Shown in pieces: positions 35,621-46,077 of a stretch of 64,000 nucleotides of DNA. The notes beneath the pieces are model-generated. The model ran no database searches. It saw only the letters and a program-made list of their open reading frames with translations, and was not told the DNA's origin. A program made the position numbers and the translations under genes. How positions within the stretch are numbered: position 1 is the stretch's first letter; every line of letters begins with the position of its first letter. Origin of the DNA: Salinirubellus litoreus (GTDB taxonomy: Archaea; Halobacteriota; Halobacteria; Halobacteriales; Haloarculaceae); assembly GCF_037335815.1 (NCBI RefSeq), contig NZ_CP147841.1, positions 1,234,591-1,298,590 on the forward strand, read 5' to 3'.

Positions 35621-36610
35621 TCAGACGGTGTCGAGTATCGAGAGCACGCCCTCCTCGGCCTCGCGGTCCGGGCCGTTCTCCCGACCCGTCCGCTCGGAGT
35701 CGCGGTGGTCGGCGACCGTCGCCGCGAGCGCCGTCCCGTGGTCGGTCGAGCCCCACCCGAGCGACCGGAGCTTCGTCGTCGAGAGCAGGTGGGGATACTC
35801 CCGGTAGAGCGGGAAATCGGCGAGTTCGAGGTCGGCGGCCGCCAGTTCGCGGGGACCGGCGAACACCCGCTCGACCGCCGTGTCGCAGGCCTCCGCGATA
35901 CGATCGACCCACTCGCCGAGCGTCGGGGCGTGGCCGTCGCCGACGTTGTACGTCTCGCCCGGCTCGCCCGCCTCGGCGACCGTCCGGAGCGCACGCGCGA
36001 CGTCCCCGACGTAGACGAGGTGCCAGAGGTTCGTCCCGTCGCCCGGGACGACCACCCGGTCGAAGTTCTCGACGCGGTCGATCCAGTAGTCGAACCGCTC
36101 GGTGTAGTCGTGCGGGCCGTAGATCACGGGCGGTCGGACGCTCATCGCGTTCACGCCCCGCTCCGCGGCCTCGTACACCGCGCGGTCGCCCTCGGCCTTC
36201 CGCGGGCCGTAGCTGTCCCAGGAGTCGTCGACCGCCTGCTCGGGCGTGCAGTCGTGGAGCGGCGTCTCGTCCTCGCGCTTGGGGATCCGGTTCGCGCCGT
36301 AGGCGGCCCCCGAGGAGACGTAGACGTAGGCGTCGGCGTCCGCGAACGCCTCCGTGGCGACCCGGACCTCCCGGGGGTGGTAGGCCACGCAGTCGATGAC
36401 CACGTCCGGGTCGACCTCCATCGACAGCCGCTTCACCTCCCCCTCGACCGTCCGGTCGCCCTCGACGCGTTCCACCCGGTCGTCGTCGGCGAACGGGTTC
36501 TCGCTGTTCCCGCGGTTGAATATCGTCACCTCGTAGCCGGCGTCGAGGAACTCCTCGACGGTGTGTCGACCGACGAACCGCGTCCCGCCGACGACGAGCG
36601 CTCGTGTCAT
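35621..36610 (-). CDS. NAD-dependent epimerase/dehydratase (extended SDR)
   Basis: ATG at complement 36608-36610; VVGGTRFVGRH Rossmann motif, YxxxK (YGPRKAEGDRA), 329 aa. Confidence 0.85.
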   Translation of the reverse strand: MTRALVVGGTRFVGRHTVEEFLDAGYEVTIFNRGNSENPFADDDRVERVEGDRTVEGEVKRLSMEVDPDVVIDCVAYHPREVRVATEAFADADAYVYVSSGAAYGANRIPKREDETPLHDCTPEQAVDDSWDSYGPRKAEGDRAVYEAAERGVNAMSVRPPVIYGPHDYTERFDYWIDRVENFDRVVVPGDGTNLWHLVYVGDVARALRTVAEAGEPGETYNVGDGHAPTLGEWVDRIAEACDTAVERVFAGPRELAAADLELADFPLYREYPHLLSTTKLRSLGWGSTDHGTALAATVADHRDSERTGRENGPDREAEEGVLSILDTV

Positions 36611-36722
36611 ACGCCCCCCTCCCCCGGCGGGGCAAAAAACACCACGGGACGGTCCGAACTGTCCGACTCCGCGCGGCCTCCAAGGTTTATTACGCCGCTT
36701 TGCGTGCCGGACGCGTGAGGAC

Positions 36723-36869
36723 ATGAGTCACGGCCCGCGGGATCACCTCGACGACGCGCCGCCGGAGCGGGTCCCCGGCGGGCTCAAGGACGGGACGGCC
36801 GACGGGACGACGATGGACGACGGGGGCGACGAGGCGGCCGACGGGCCCCGGGACGACGGAGGGGCCTGA
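36723..36869 (+). CDS. very small acidic/disordered hypothetical protein (48 aa)
   Basis: ATG at 36723, ends 17 nt before next gene; D/G-rich; weak. Confidence 0.2.
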   Translation: MSHGPRDHLDDAPPERVPGGLKDGTADGTTMDDGGDEAADGPRDDGGA

Positions 36870-36885
36870 CGGCCGTCGCCCGGAG

Positions 36886-37896
36886 ATGGCGACGCTCCCC
36901 GTCCCGAGCCAGATCGTCCTCGCGCTCGTCCTCCTTCCCGGGTACGTGCGGTTCCGTGTCGCCCTCTACTTCGCCCGGTACGCCGGCCCCGTCGACTGGT
37001 CCGAGTACGAGAAGGCCGCCCTGAGCCTCGTCGCGAGCGCGGGGCTCCTGGCGGGAACCGGCGTCGCCTTCCCGGGCGTCGTCGCCGTCCGTAGCGTCGA
37101 CGGCGAACTCGCCGTCGTCACCGACGTCACCCTGGAGGGGTACGTCGCGCTCCTGGTCGTCGCGGTCCTCGTCGGCGGGGCGCTCGGTCACGGGCTCGTA
37201 GTGCTCTACGGCCGGGTGTACGGGCTGACGCGCCTCCGGGTCGATCCCCGGGAGTACCTGCTCCGGCGGCTGGAGGTGCCCGTCACGGCCCGCGTCGTGA
37301 CCGACGACCGGGAGATCGTCGGCGGCGTGCGCTACACCGACAGCGAGGGGACGCCCGCGGTGATCAGCGGCCCGCGGCTCCTCACTACTCGCGATGGGGT
37401 GCCGTACCGCGAGTGGATGGGGCGGTACGCGTACGTCGACCCCGAGACCGTCGAGAGCGTCCACTTCGGCTCGCCGTTCGGGCCCGAGAGCGAGCGAGGT
37501 GGCCCCCTCGCCCGGGCGTGGCGGGACCTCCGATCGCGTCTCGGCTCCGGCGTCGAGACCGGAGCCGGGAGCGAAGCCGCTACCGCCGGGCTGGAGACCC
37601 CCGGGGGGCGCGAATCGACCCCGCCGGTGACCGTCTCGGAGGGGCCGCTCGACCGCGGGGCCGATCGCGTGGGCGTCCGGGGAGCGGTCCGGAACGAACT
37701 CGACGAGCGGATCGCGTTCGTCCAGGTCAGAGTCGAGTTCGAGGACGCCGACGGGGCGATCGTCGGGACGGCCGTCGACAGTTTCGAGCGGCTGGGCGGA
37801 GGGGACGCCTGGCGGTTCGAGGCGAGTTACGCGACCGACGACCCCGGGGAGGTCGCGTCGTACTCCGTCGGGTGGCACGCCGCCCCGTCGCTGTAG
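36886..37896 (+). CDS. hypothetical membrane protein (336 aa, N-terminal TM helices)
   Basis: ATG at 36886; hydrophobic N-terminal third, acidic soluble C-terminal domain. Confidence 0.6.
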   Translation: MATLPVPSQIVLALVLLPGYVRFRVALYFARYAGPVDWSEYEKAALSLVASAGLLAGTGVAFPGVVAVRSVDGELAVVTDVTLEGYVALLVVAVLVGGALGHGLVVLYGRVYGLTRLRVDPREYLLRRLEVPVTARVVTDDREIVGGVRYTDSEGTPAVISGPRLLTTRDGVPYREWMGRYAYVDPETVESVHFGSPFGPESERGGPLARAWRDLRSRLGSGVETGAGSEAATAGLETPGGRESTPPVTVSEGPLDRGADRVGVRGAVRNELDERIAFVQVRVEFEDADGAIVGTAVDSFERLGGGDAWRFEASYATDDPGEVASYSVGWHAAPSL

Positions 37897-37929
37897 CCGG
37901 GTCGGACTACCTGAACCGAGGTGAGAGTC

Positions 37930-38107
37930 CTGCCCTTCAGGGCGGACGTGAATCGGACAACAGAGACGCAACCGCCGGTATTAACCCACCTGACAGTGTA
38001 TTGGCGACAAGCTCAACGCGGAAAATTGGAGGTGGTTTGGCGTTCCTCCGTCATCAAAAACGCGAGCCTCCCGCGATTGAGCCTGCCCATCGTGGTATGA
38101 AGGGCAG
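37930..38107. ncRNA. candidate structured ncRNA (unassigned family) in 460-bp ORF-free convergent intergenic gap
   Basis: gap 37897-38356 between convergent gene ends has no credible ORF; local GC dip; long-range closing stem CTGCCCTTCA (37930-37939)/TGAAGGGCAG (38098-38107); internal hairpins GGAGG-N12-CCTCC; further palindrome CGCGTCC-GACGT-GGACGCG at 38201-38219. Confidence 0.15.
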
Positions 38108-38356
38108 GCAGGCCGATGGCACGGCCCGTATCCACCCACCGTCCAACCGTGGGGGGTCGGTCGATGCGGTATCGACCGCAGTGCAAGGAGATACCGCGTC
38201 CGACGTGGACGCGCAACTCGCCACACCGCGCACGCGGCTCACGCACCGTGTACGAACCCGGTACTCTCCACGCGGGGAGAGGAAGTTGCCTTCGGGGACG
38301 TGGGACCGGCCCGCTGTCCTGCGAGGGAAACCCCGCCGTTCATGGCGGGGAGGACG

Positions 38357-39223
38357 TCATTCCGCCCAGACCTGCCCGAAGGCCTCGAAGAACTCGGCGT
38401 CGGTCCCGAGGAGTTCGTGGCGGGCCCGGAGGGTTCTCGCGCGCGCGGCCACGTCGTCCACGTGCGCGTCGAGGCGCTGGCGGTAGCTCTCGCGCCGGCG
38501 GTTCCCGAGGTGCGTTCGGAGGGTGCGCTCCTCCTCGAGCCCCTCGACGACGGCGTCGCCCGAGACGGGGAGGTCCCGCTCGACGGGATCGATGACCCGC
38601 GCGAGGACGAGCTTGTTCCGCGCGAGCGCTTCGAGCCCCCGTTCGATCTCGTCGGCCGGTTCGAGGAAGTCGCTCGCCACCAGCACGAGCGAGCGCGAGC
38701 CGATGGTCGCGGCGTAGGACTCGAGCGCCCGCCCGAAGTCGGCGTCGCCGGCCGGTTCGATGGCGTTGAGCGTGTCGACCAGCCCGAGCACCTCCCCCCG
38801 GTTCGAGCGGCCGCGGTCGAGCCGGTCGTACGTCTCGTCGAACCGGACGAACCGGAAGTCGTTGTGCTCGCGGGCGACGAGGTAGGCGAAGCCCAGCCCC
38901 AGTTTGGCGGCGAACTCGAACTTCGTGGGGAGGCCCTCCTCGCCCGCGAAGTCCATCGACGCCGAGGAGTCGAGCAGGACGTGGACCGTGAGGTTGCGCT
39001 CGGCCTCGTACTCCTTGACGTAGAACTCGTCGGTGCGGGCGAACAGCTTCCAGTCGATCCGCCGGGTGTCGTCGCCCGGGGCGTACCGCCGGTAGTCCGC
39101 GAACGTGAGCCCCTCGCCGCGCTCGGCCGAGCGCTGCTCGCCCTGGAACTGCGAGGCGACGTTGCGCTTCTGCGAGCGGGCGTAGCGCTCGATCTCGTCG
39201 AGGAACCCCGGTTCGATGGTCAT
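38357..39223 (-). CDS. DUF58 domain protein (vWA-like, MoxR-associated)
   Basis: 288 aa; characteristic DUF58 core (FADYRRYAPGDDTRRIDWKLFARTDEFYVKEYEAE...LLDSSASM); immediately downstream of MoxR ATPase. Confidence 0.8.
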   Translation of the reverse strand: MTIEPGFLDEIERYARSQKRNVASQFQGEQRSAERGEGLTFADYRRYAPGDDTRRIDWKLFARTDEFYVKEYEAERNLTVHVLLDSSASMDFAGEEGLPTKFEFAAKLGLGFAYLVAREHNDFRFVRFDETYDRLDRGRSNRGEVLGLVDTLNAIEPAGDADFGRALESYAATIGSRSLVLVASDFLEPADEIERGLEALARNKLVLARVIDPVERDLPVSGDAVVEGLEEERTLRTHLGNRRRESYRQRLDAHVDDVAARARTLRARHELLGTDAEFFEAFGQVWAE

Positions 39224-39239
39224 GGCCGGAGTGGTCGTC

Positions 39240-42032
39240 TCACAGCAGTTCCTCGACGGCGTCGTCGGAGGTCATCCCCTCGCGCTCGGCCCGGAAGTCG
39301 ACGATGATCCGGTGGCGGAGCACTGGCTTTGCCATCGCCTCGATGTCGGCCTCGCTGACGTACGAGCGGCCCTCCAGGAGCGCACGGGCCTTCCCCGTCA
39401 CGACGAGCGCCATGCTCGCCCGCGGGGAGGCCCCGTACTCGATGTGGTCCGCCTCGCGGGTCTCGCGGACGAGCCCCACGGCTCGGTCACGGATGTCCTC
39501 GGCGATCGGTACCTCGCGGGTGAGCTCCTGGGCCTCCCGGAGCTCCGCCCGGTCGAGCACGGTCTCGACGGGGATCGTCCGGTCGAGCCGCGAGGTGTAG
39601 CGGTCGACGACCTCGATCTCCTCCTCCAGCGAGGGATAGTCGACGAGGATCTTCAGCAGGAAGCGGTCGGACTGCGCCTCGGGCAACGCGTAGGTGTTGT
39701 GGTTGATGCCGCACGCGCCGAGCCCAGCGAGGTAGTTGTGGGTCTCCGGGACGCTCAGCCCAACGACCGGCCCCTCGTAGGGTTCGCGTTCGATGCTCGT
39801 CACCCGGTCGTAGAACACGTCGCCATCGACCAGTCCGCGGAGGTACTCGGTCAGCTCTGTGGCCTCGTCGATACGGTCGGTGTACTCCTCGACGACGTAC
39901 GAGACGGCCTCGCGGGGTCGTTCCTCCGACTCGTAGGCGCTCCAGACTTGGTGTTTCGTCAGTCCAGATCCGTCGACGACGTCGGTCAGCGACAGGCCAC
40001 ACGCCCTCGCGGTGTCGCCGAGGTCGTCGACGATGCTCGTCCGGAGGTCCCGTCCTCGCCGGTCGGCGAGCGTCCGCTCGGCGTCCTCGAGGAACGACTC
40101 GAAGTGGCTCGTCGCCATCCGGTCGCGTCGTTCCCCGAGCCACCGGTAGGAGTTATACCAGTCCCGCTCGGAGAGCGGCGAGTCGTGTTTCATCCCGAGC
40201 CGGTCGACGACTCGATCGACGGGCTCGGCCGGAAGCGGGGTCGTTCGGTGAGCCGACTCGAACGCCTCGACGTCGGGCTCGTCCCCGCGCCACTCGAACC
40301 GGTCGAGGTACCGCGCGACGTCCTCGCCCTGTATCCGCACCTCGAAGCGGTCCTCGCGCTCGTACAGCCACGGGACGATGCCCTCCCCGAGGAGGAGATG
40401 AGCAACGAGGTTCGTCAGGGTGCGGTCGGTCTGGACGAACGTCACGCGACGCTGTTCCGCGTCGTAGTGGGACTCGGTGAGCAGGAACGTCTCGAGGAAC
40501 GGACGCTTGAACGCCTCGGGGGCCGAGAGGAGTCGTTCGGGCTCGTGAAGGTGGTAGCGCTCGGCGAGGTAGTCGACGAACGGCTTCGAGTCGACCGTAG
40601 CCTCGCGTCCGGTGTCGTCCTCGCGGATGCGCACGTCGAGGCCGACGCGCTCGACGATGTCGATCCATCGGTCGAGGAGGTTGGGGAGGTTCTTCTGGCG
40701 TACGGCGACGCTCGAATCGGTTACGTGGCCCTCGGCGAGGACGAGGCCGAGGAGGAGACCCGCCTCCTCGTCCGTGAGCTCGTCATCGATTCGGTGTCTC
40801 GCGTGCGATTCGGTGTGATCGCCGCCTTCGACGTTGGCGCTACGGAGTGCCTCGTGGAGTGCCTCGCCGACACCGTTCTCCGTCCCGGAGAGGTAGGAGA
40901 GCACCCGATCGTAGCTGGTGCCCGCCCGGTCGGCCAGTTTCCGCTTCGTGAGCCCCGCTGCGATACGGAGGTCGTCGATCTCGTCGGACGAGAGCAGTTC
41001 GCCCTCGTCGAGTCGTTCGTCGAGTGCGGCGACCCGCTCGCGTCGAACGACGTGGTGGCCGTGCTCGGATTCGAGCCGCTCCATCGCTTTACCGTGGGAC
41101 GGGAACGGCTCCGTCGGCAGGTCCATCTCTCGTGGCGCGACGAGGTGGTCGTCCTCGTCCAGTTCGCGGGCCTTCACCCACTGTATCGCCCCGGTCCGGT
41201 TGACGAGGAACGGGTGGTCGGCCGAGACCCGAATGGTCCGTCCGGTCTTCGTCTCGACGGTGTACGTCTCGCCCTCGTAGTCCACCTCGTAGACCATGCA
41301 GGGCGTTTCTCCGAGTTCGCCACCGGGACCGAGCGTCTGCGTCGTCCCGCCGACGTCGTACATCCGGGTGTCGTCGCTCTCGTGGACGAGTTCGCCGTGC
41401 TCGCGGGCGTGTTCCAGCGCGTCGCCGGCACGCCACAGCCGGCCGTCCATGTAGAGCGACTCGTCGGGATGGAGGCTCCCCTCCTGGTCGATCGGGTTCT
41501 GTGTCGCCAGGAGGAAGAACGGTTCGGGGAGCCGGTAGGTCTCGCCGGCGGCAGTCACCTGCTTCTCCTCCATCGCCTCGAGGAGAGCGGCCTGGGTCTT
41601 CGGCGTCGCGCGGTTGATCTCGTCGGCGAGGACGATGTTCGCGAAGATCGGCCCCTTCTCGAAGACGAAGTCCCGACCGCCCTCGCCCTCCCGGATGATC
41701 TCGGTCCCGGTGATGTCCGAGGGCATCAGGTCGGGCGTGTTCTGCACCCGCGAGAACGAGAGGTCGATGACGTTCGAGAGGGTGCGAACGGTGAGCGTCT
41801 TCGCCAGCCCCGGGTTCGATTCGAGGAGGGCGTTGCCATCACACAGCAGACAGATCAGCAGGTCGTCGAGGACCTCCCGCTGGCCGACGAGCCGCTTGCC
41901 GACCTGCTCGCGGACCTCCTCGAGTCGCTCCTGGAGGGTGTCGATGTCGATGTCCGTGGTTCGCGCCGCGGTGTCGCCGTCGTACTGTACGTCACTGCCG
42001 TCGGTCGGGGTCGTATCGGAGCGGTCGTTCAT
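39240..42032 (-). CDS. MoxR-family AAA+ ATPase interrupted by a ~594-aa intein (mature extein about 336 aa)
   Basis: ATG at complement 42030-42032; Walker [10 protein letters not shown], Walker [21 protein letters not shown] | [insert] | [30 protein letters not shown]; extein junction matches MoxR consensus QNPIEQEGTYPLPEAQ exactly. Confidence 0.9.
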   Translation of the reverse strand: MNDRSDTTPTDGSDVQYDGDTAARTTDIDIDTLQERLEEVREQVGKRLVGQREVLDDLLICLLCDGNALLESNPGLAKTLTVRTLSNVIDLSFSRVQNTPDLMPSDITGTEIIREGEGGRDFVFEKGPIFANIVLADEINRATPKTQAALLEAMEEKQVTAAGETYRLPEPFFLLATQNPIDQEGSLHPDESLYMDGRLWRAGDALEHAREHGELVHESDDTRMYDVGGTTQTLGPGGELGETPCMVYEVDYEGETYTVETKTGRTIRVSADHPFLVNRTGAIQWVKARELDEDDHLVAPREMDLPTEPFPSHGKAMERLESEHGHHVVRRERVAALDERLDEGELLSSDEIDDLRIAAGLTKRKLADRAGTSYDRVLSYLSGTENGVGEALHEALRSANVEGGDHTESHARHRIDDELTDEEAGLLLGLVLAEGHVTDSSVAVRQKNLPNLLDRWIDIVERVGLDVRIREDDTGREATVDSKPFVDYLAERYHLHEPERLLSAPEAFKRPFLETFLLTESHYDAEQRRVTFVQTDRTLTNLVAHLLLGEGIVPWLYEREDRFEVRIQGEDVARYLDRFEWRGDEPDVEAFESAHRTTPLPAEPVDRVVDRLGMKHDSPLSERDWYNSYRWLGERRDRMATSHFESFLEDAERTLADRRGRDLRTSIVDDLGDTARACGLSLTDVVDGSGLTKHQVWSAYESEERPREAVSYVVEEYTDRIDEATELTEYLRGLVDGDVFYDRVTSIEREPYEGPVVGLSVPETHNYLAGLGACGINHNTYALPEAQSDRFLLKILVDYPSLEEEIEVVDRYTSRLDRTIPVETVLDRAELREAQELTREVPIAEDIRDRAVGLVRETREADHIEYGASPRASMALVVTGKARALLEGRSYVSEADIEAMAKPVLRHRIIVDFRAEREGMTSDDAVEELL
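39696..41477 (-). mobile_element. intein with LAGLIDADG homing-endonuclease domain inserted in MoxR sensor motif
   Basis: N-terminal [15 protein letters not shown] (block A-like, Ser1), block [19 protein letters not shown] motifs [17 protein letters not shown] and [17 protein letters not shown]-terminal block [26 protein letters not shown] followed by +1 Thr; embedded HTH-like segment [27 protein letters not shown]. Confidence 0.75.
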
Positions 42033-42060
42033 GCGTCTTCGTCGTCCTCTCGTCTGTCGT

Positions 42061-42900
42061 TCATGTCTCCTCGTTCTGGCGGATGCGGACGTTGTACTCG
42101 CGGATGATGTCGGCGTTCTCGACCTCGTCGGCGGGGGCGAACCCCGACTGCTGGGCGTCGTACGAGCCCGAGGCGGAGAATCCGCCGCCCTCGTAGGAGC
42201 GGTCCTGGGTCTCGCTGTCCTCCTCGCCGCCGGCCGAGCCGCCGATGACCGCGTCGAGATCGTCGTCACCGCCGTCGACGTCGGTCTCCTCGCCCAGGAT
42301 CTCCTCGCCGTCCTCGAGCCCGCTGTAGTCGTCCTCGTCCCGGTCCTCGTTCCCGGTGTCGAGGTCCTCTGGGCCGCCCGTCAGGTCGATCCCGACGACG
42401 CTCGCCTGGACCGTCGCCGCCGAGAGGACGATCACGAGGACGACGCCGCCGGCCACCCGGCGGGTCGAGACGAGGTCGGCGCTGGACGCCCGGCGGAGCC
42501 CCGCGAGGACGTCCTCGTAGAGGCGGGCGGCGACGCGGGTCTCGGAGCCGGCCCGGGCGGCGTCCCGGGCCGTCCGGAGCGCCTCGCGGACTTCCGGATT
42601 GACCTCCTCGAACCGCTCGACGAGCGGCACGCGGACCCGGATGACGAACTCGACGACGCCCACGAGGAGGCCCACCCCGGCGGCGATGGCCTGGGGGGTG
42701 TACTCCGGGCCGGGGAGGTCGAGGCCGAGGACCGTCAGCCCGAGGTTGACCGCGAGCGTGACGACCGCGAGGTCGACGACGGCCTGGATCGCGGCCGCCT
42801 TGTACCCCTCGCGCCGGACCCGGCCGACGGCCCGTTCGACCCGCTCGCGGGCCTCGCCGACCGGGAGGCGCTCGTCGGTCGTCCGACTACCCTCCGCCAC
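42061..42900 (-). CDS. hypothetical membrane protein in MoxR/vWA cluster (four TM helices, acidic C-terminal tail)
   Basis: GTG start at 42898-42900; [26 protein letters not shown]..., D/E/G-rich tail; 28 nt upstream of MoxR start. Confidence 0.6.
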   Translation of the reverse strand: MAEGSRTTDERLPVGEARERVERAVGRVRREGYKAAAIQAVVDLAVVTLAVNLGLTVLGLDLPGPEYTPQAIAAGVGLLVGVVEFVIRVRVPLVERFEEVNPEVREALRTARDAARAGSETRVAARLYEDVLAGLRRASSADLVSTRRVAGGVVLVIVLSAATVQASVVGIDLTGGPEDLDTGNEDRDEDDYSGLEDGEEILGEETDVDGGDDDLDAVIGGSAGGEEDSETQDRSYEGGGFSASGSYDAQQSGFAPADEVENADIIREYNVRIRQNEET

Positions 42901-42903
42901 GGT

Positions 42904-43599
42904 TCAGGGCCTCCTCGACGGCTGGGGCTCGTCCCGCGAGGACGAAGACGAGGACGAGGAGCGTGCCTCCTCCAGCTGCTGTTCGAGCTGCTCGATCCGG
43001 TTCTCCTGATCGCTTACGGTCTGCTGGAGCGACTCGATCTGGTTCTCCTGTGCGGTGACGGTCCGGCGGAGCTCCGTGTTCTCGTCCTCGAGCTGGTTCA
43101 CCTCCTCCTCCAGTTCGGCCACCTCCTCCTCGAGGTCCTCGCGCTGCTGTTCGAGGGTGTCGACCTGGTTCCGGAGCCGGTTCCGCTCCTGTTGGAGCTG
43201 GTTTACGTCCTGCTCCAGGCGGTCGCGCTCCTGTCTCGCCTGCTGGAGCTCCCCGCGTGCGGTCTGGAGCGAGTCCTGCGTCTCGGCGAGTTCGCTCTCC
43301 GCCTGACTGAGCTGCTGTTCGGTCTCCCGGAGGTCCTCCGTGACCTGCTGGAGGTCCCGCTGTCGGGTCTCTATGCTCTCGTTCACCTGCTCGAGCTCGT
43401 TGCGCGCACTCCGTAGCTCCGAGCGGGTCTCGGAGAGGTCCTCCCGGAGCTGCTGGTTCTGCGTGCGCAGCTGATCGTTCTGCTGGCGCATGTCCGACAC
43501 CGACTCCTGGTAGAACATCGTCGCGCCGGCCGTCCCGGCGACGCTGACGGCGATGAGCAACACGAGCGCGAGGTTGATGCTGCTTCCGATGAGTTTCAT
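42904..43599 (-). CDS. coiled-coil protein with N-terminal signal/anchor (Q/E/L heptad-rich)
   Basis: MKLIGSSINLALVLLIAVSVAGTAGA signal-anchor then ~170 aa of QQLxxxLxE repeats; ATG verified. Confidence 0.65.
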   Translation of the reverse strand: MKLIGSSINLALVLLIAVSVAGTAGATMFYQESVSDMRQQNDQLRTQNQQLREDLSETRSELRSARNELEQVNESIETRQRDLQQVTEDLRETEQQLSQAESELAETQDSLQTARGELQQARQERDRLEQDVNQLQQERNRLRNQVDTLEQQREDLEEEVAELEEEVNQLEDENTELRRTVTAQENQIESLQQTVSDQENRIEQLEQQLEEARSSSSSSSSRDEPQPSRRP

Positions 43600-43659
43600 T
43601 GTGGGTCTCCAGTTCCCGGACGGACATACTTCTTGTCCGTGCGGCCGCAGTCGACTGTC

Positions 43660-46077
43660 TCAGTCGTTCTCACTCTCCACCCCCCTCCCGGTCCGCGTGG
43701 TCGCCCGACGCCCGCTCGCGCGCCGGTAGGCCCCGAGCCGGCGCGCGACGACCTCGAGCAGGAACACGATCAGCGCGGCCGTCAACAGGACCCACCCCCA
43801 CTCCTGCCTGACGTCGCGGGTGCTGATGGCCCGCTGGGTGACGACCTCGGCGATCCGTTCGGCCTCGCCCGACAGGAACCGCTCGCCCCCGGTCATCCGT
43901 GCGAGCGACGCCAGTCCCCCGGCGGGGCCGAGCGGCGCGTACTCGTCGGGGTAGTTCACCGCGTAGGTGGTGTTCACCACCGTCTCGAACCCGGTCCTGG
44001 TCGGCGTCACCGTCGTCTCGTAGGTCCGGGGGCCGACCTGGCGGAACGTCGGCGGACCCGCCGGGCGATCCTCGCCGACGTACTGGATCCGGGTGGGCTG
44101 GCCGACGCGGGTGTCCGGCGCGGAGACTACCCCGGTCGCGCCCCGCTCGGGGTCGCCGATGGCCCAGTTGACCGACTTCGTGAGCAGCAGCGAGTCCGGC
44201 TCCTGGAGCAGGCCGTCGAGCGTCCCGTCGTTTCCGTAGGCGGTGATCGAGACCACGCGGCCGAGCCCGTAGCGCCACTGGGCGATCGCGGGCGTCCCGT
44301 CGCCGGCGGCGACGAGGAAGTCCGCGCCCGGCCGCACGCTCACGTCGTGGACCAGCGGCGGGTTCGCGGTCGTCTCCACGCCGGCGGTGATGAAGTGATT
44401 CCGGTCGACGATGGTGAGTTTGTCCGAGGCGAACGTCCGGGAGTCACCGCCGAACAGCAGCCGCAGGCGGTCGGTCTCGTCCGCCCGGAGGAACTGCCCG
44501 CCGGTCACGCCCGCGACCTCCGTGAGCAGTTCGTCGTTCACGGGGTTGCCGACGCCGACGGTGATGACCTGGGTGCCCCGCGCGCCGAGCCGCCGCGCGG
44601 CCTGGACGGCGGTGCTCCCGCGGTCGTTCCCGTCGCTGATGACGATGACCGTCCCGGGGCCGGAGAGCAGGTCCGAGGCCCCCCGGAGCCCCACGCCGAG
44701 GTCCGTCCCGCCGCGGCTGTTCAGCCGCCTGATCTTCGACTGGAGCTGCGATCGGTTCCCCCCGAGCTCGACGACGTCCTGCACCCTGAACGCGCGGGTG
44801 TTGAACCCGACGATGCCGACCTCGTTCTCGTCGCCGAGCTGTTCGAGGACGTCGAGTGCGATCGACTTCTGGACCCGCATCCCCGACTGGGCGCTCGATG
44901 AGATGTCGACCAGCAGGGTGATGCGGGCTGTCCGGCCGCCTCCCTCGCCGAACGAGACCGGGAGCGTCGAGGCCAGCGCGGAGCTCTGGTAGCCGCCGCG
45001 CTCGTAGGCGCTCGGCCCGCCCGCGACGACCAGGCCCGTCCCGTTGATGACCGCCTGCTGGAGCGCCGAGACGTTCCCCAGCGCCAGGTTCGGCACGTTC
45101 TGGAGCACGACCGTCTGGTACGGCGAGAGGTCCGACGGGATCGAGTCCGCACGCTCGACGTCGTAGAGCCGCTCCAGGAGGTCACCGAACGGGTACTCCC
45201 CGCGGGCGACGTAGAGCACCCTCGGCTTCGGGACCACCCGGACGGACTTGTAGTAGACGTCGTTGGCTCCGAATCGGTCGTCGCTCTCGAGCCGAACCGT
45301 GAGTTCGTGGCTGCCGATCTCCGAGAAGGTGTAGGTGAACTCGTAGGCCCCCTCACCCGCCACCTCCCCGGTCGCGATGGGTGTCCCGTCCGCCGAGACC
45401 GTGACGGTCGCGGAGCCGTTCCCGATCCCCGCGCCGCCGACCCTGACGAGGAAGGCGTTCTGGACGCCCACGCTCGTCTTCGCCGGCCCCGCGAGGCTGA
45501 CGTATCGCTCGGGCGAGCGGACCGAGAGATCGAGCGTGTGGACCGTCGCGTTCGCGCTCCGGGCGATCTCGGCGGCCTCGTCGAGCGAGCGTCCGCCGGT
45601 CACCCGCCCGTCGGAGACCAGCAGCACGGACGACCCGCGGTCGACGTTCGCGACGACGGCGTCGCCGATGCGGGAGGTGTTCTCCGAGGCGATCACCGAC
45701 CTCGTCACCGGGACGCCCTCCGCCTCGATGTCGCTGGCGAGGTCGGCCGGGTCCGCGCCCGTCACCCCCATCGACCTCGACTCGTCGACGAGCATCTGGA
45801 CCTGCGGGTCGCCCGGCGTCGTCCGAGAGACGACGGTGTACGGTCCCGCCGCGGCGAGCACCAGACAGATCACGACGACGACCCGGGTGGTGAACAGGAG
45901 GACGCGACGGCGGCGCGGCCAGTCGCCGCCCGACCCCCGGAACCGGAAGGTGAGCCAGGCGGCGAGCGCGAGCGCGACCGGGAGCGCGAGGAGGACCCCC
46001 GGGAGTTCGACCCCGACGGTCACCCCGCGAACGGTGGTCTCGAACGACGACCAGAGGTCCGAGAGCGCGACCGCCAT
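43660..46077 (-). CDS. large vWA domain-containing membrane protein (BatB-like)
   Basis: 805 aa; N-terminal TM helices, vWA MIDAS region (LLVDISSSAQSG ... ISDGND), C-terminal TM; ATG at complement 46075-46077 abuts stop of upstream gene. Confidence 0.8.
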   Translation of the reverse strand: MAVALSDLWSSFETTVRGVTVGVELPGVLLALPVALALAAWLTFRFRGSGGDWPRRRRVLLFTTRVVVVICLVLAAAGPYTVVSRTTPGDPQVQMLVDESRSMGVTGADPADLASDIEAEGVPVTRSVIASENTSRIGDAVVANVDRGSSVLLVSDGRVTGGRSLDEAAEIARSANATVHTLDLSVRSPERYVSLAGPAKTSVGVQNAFLVRVGGAGIGNGSATVTVSADGTPIATGEVAGEGAYEFTYTFSEIGSHELTVRLESDDRFGANDVYYKSVRVVPKPRVLYVARGEYPFGDLLERLYDVERADSIPSDLSPYQTVVLQNVPNLALGNVSALQQAVINGTGLVVAGGPSAYERGGYQSSALASTLPVSFGEGGGRTARITLLVDISSSAQSGMRVQKSIALDVLEQLGDENEVGIVGFNTRAFRVQDVVELGGNRSQLQSKIRRLNSRGGTDLGVGLRGASDLLSGPGTVIVISDGNDRGSTAVQAARRLGARGTQVITVGVGNPVNDELLTEVAGVTGGQFLRADETDRLRLLFGGDSRTFASDKLTIVDRNHFITAGVETTANPPLVHDVSVRPGADFLVAAGDGTPAIAQWRYGLGRVVSITAYGNDGTLDGLLQEPDSLLLTKSVNWAIGDPERGATGVVSAPDTRVGQPTRIQYVGEDRPAGPPTFRQVGPRTYETTVTPTRTGFETVVNTTYAVNYPDEYAPLGPAGGLASLARMTGGERFLSGEAERIAEVVTQRAISTRDVRQEWGWVLLTAALIVFLLEVVARRLGAYRRASGRRATTRTGRGVESEND

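Noticed and set aside
37930-38107. Assignment of the candidate ncRNA to SRP RNA or RNase P RNA
   Set aside because: Only vague resemblance by eye to helix-8/CR motifs (GGCAGGCAGGCCGAUGG; ACAGAGACGCAACCGCCGG). It is insufficient without covariance-model search, so it is left unassigned.
40900-41300. Intein starting at Cys in [10 protein letters not shown] (alternative N-terminal boundary)
   Set aside because: Splicing from that Cys would leave 60 extra residues between QEG and TY of the MoxR consensus. A Ser1 start directly after QNPIDQEG restores the consensus junction and gives a block A-like [12 protein letters not shown], so the Cys is interpreted as internal to the Hint domain.
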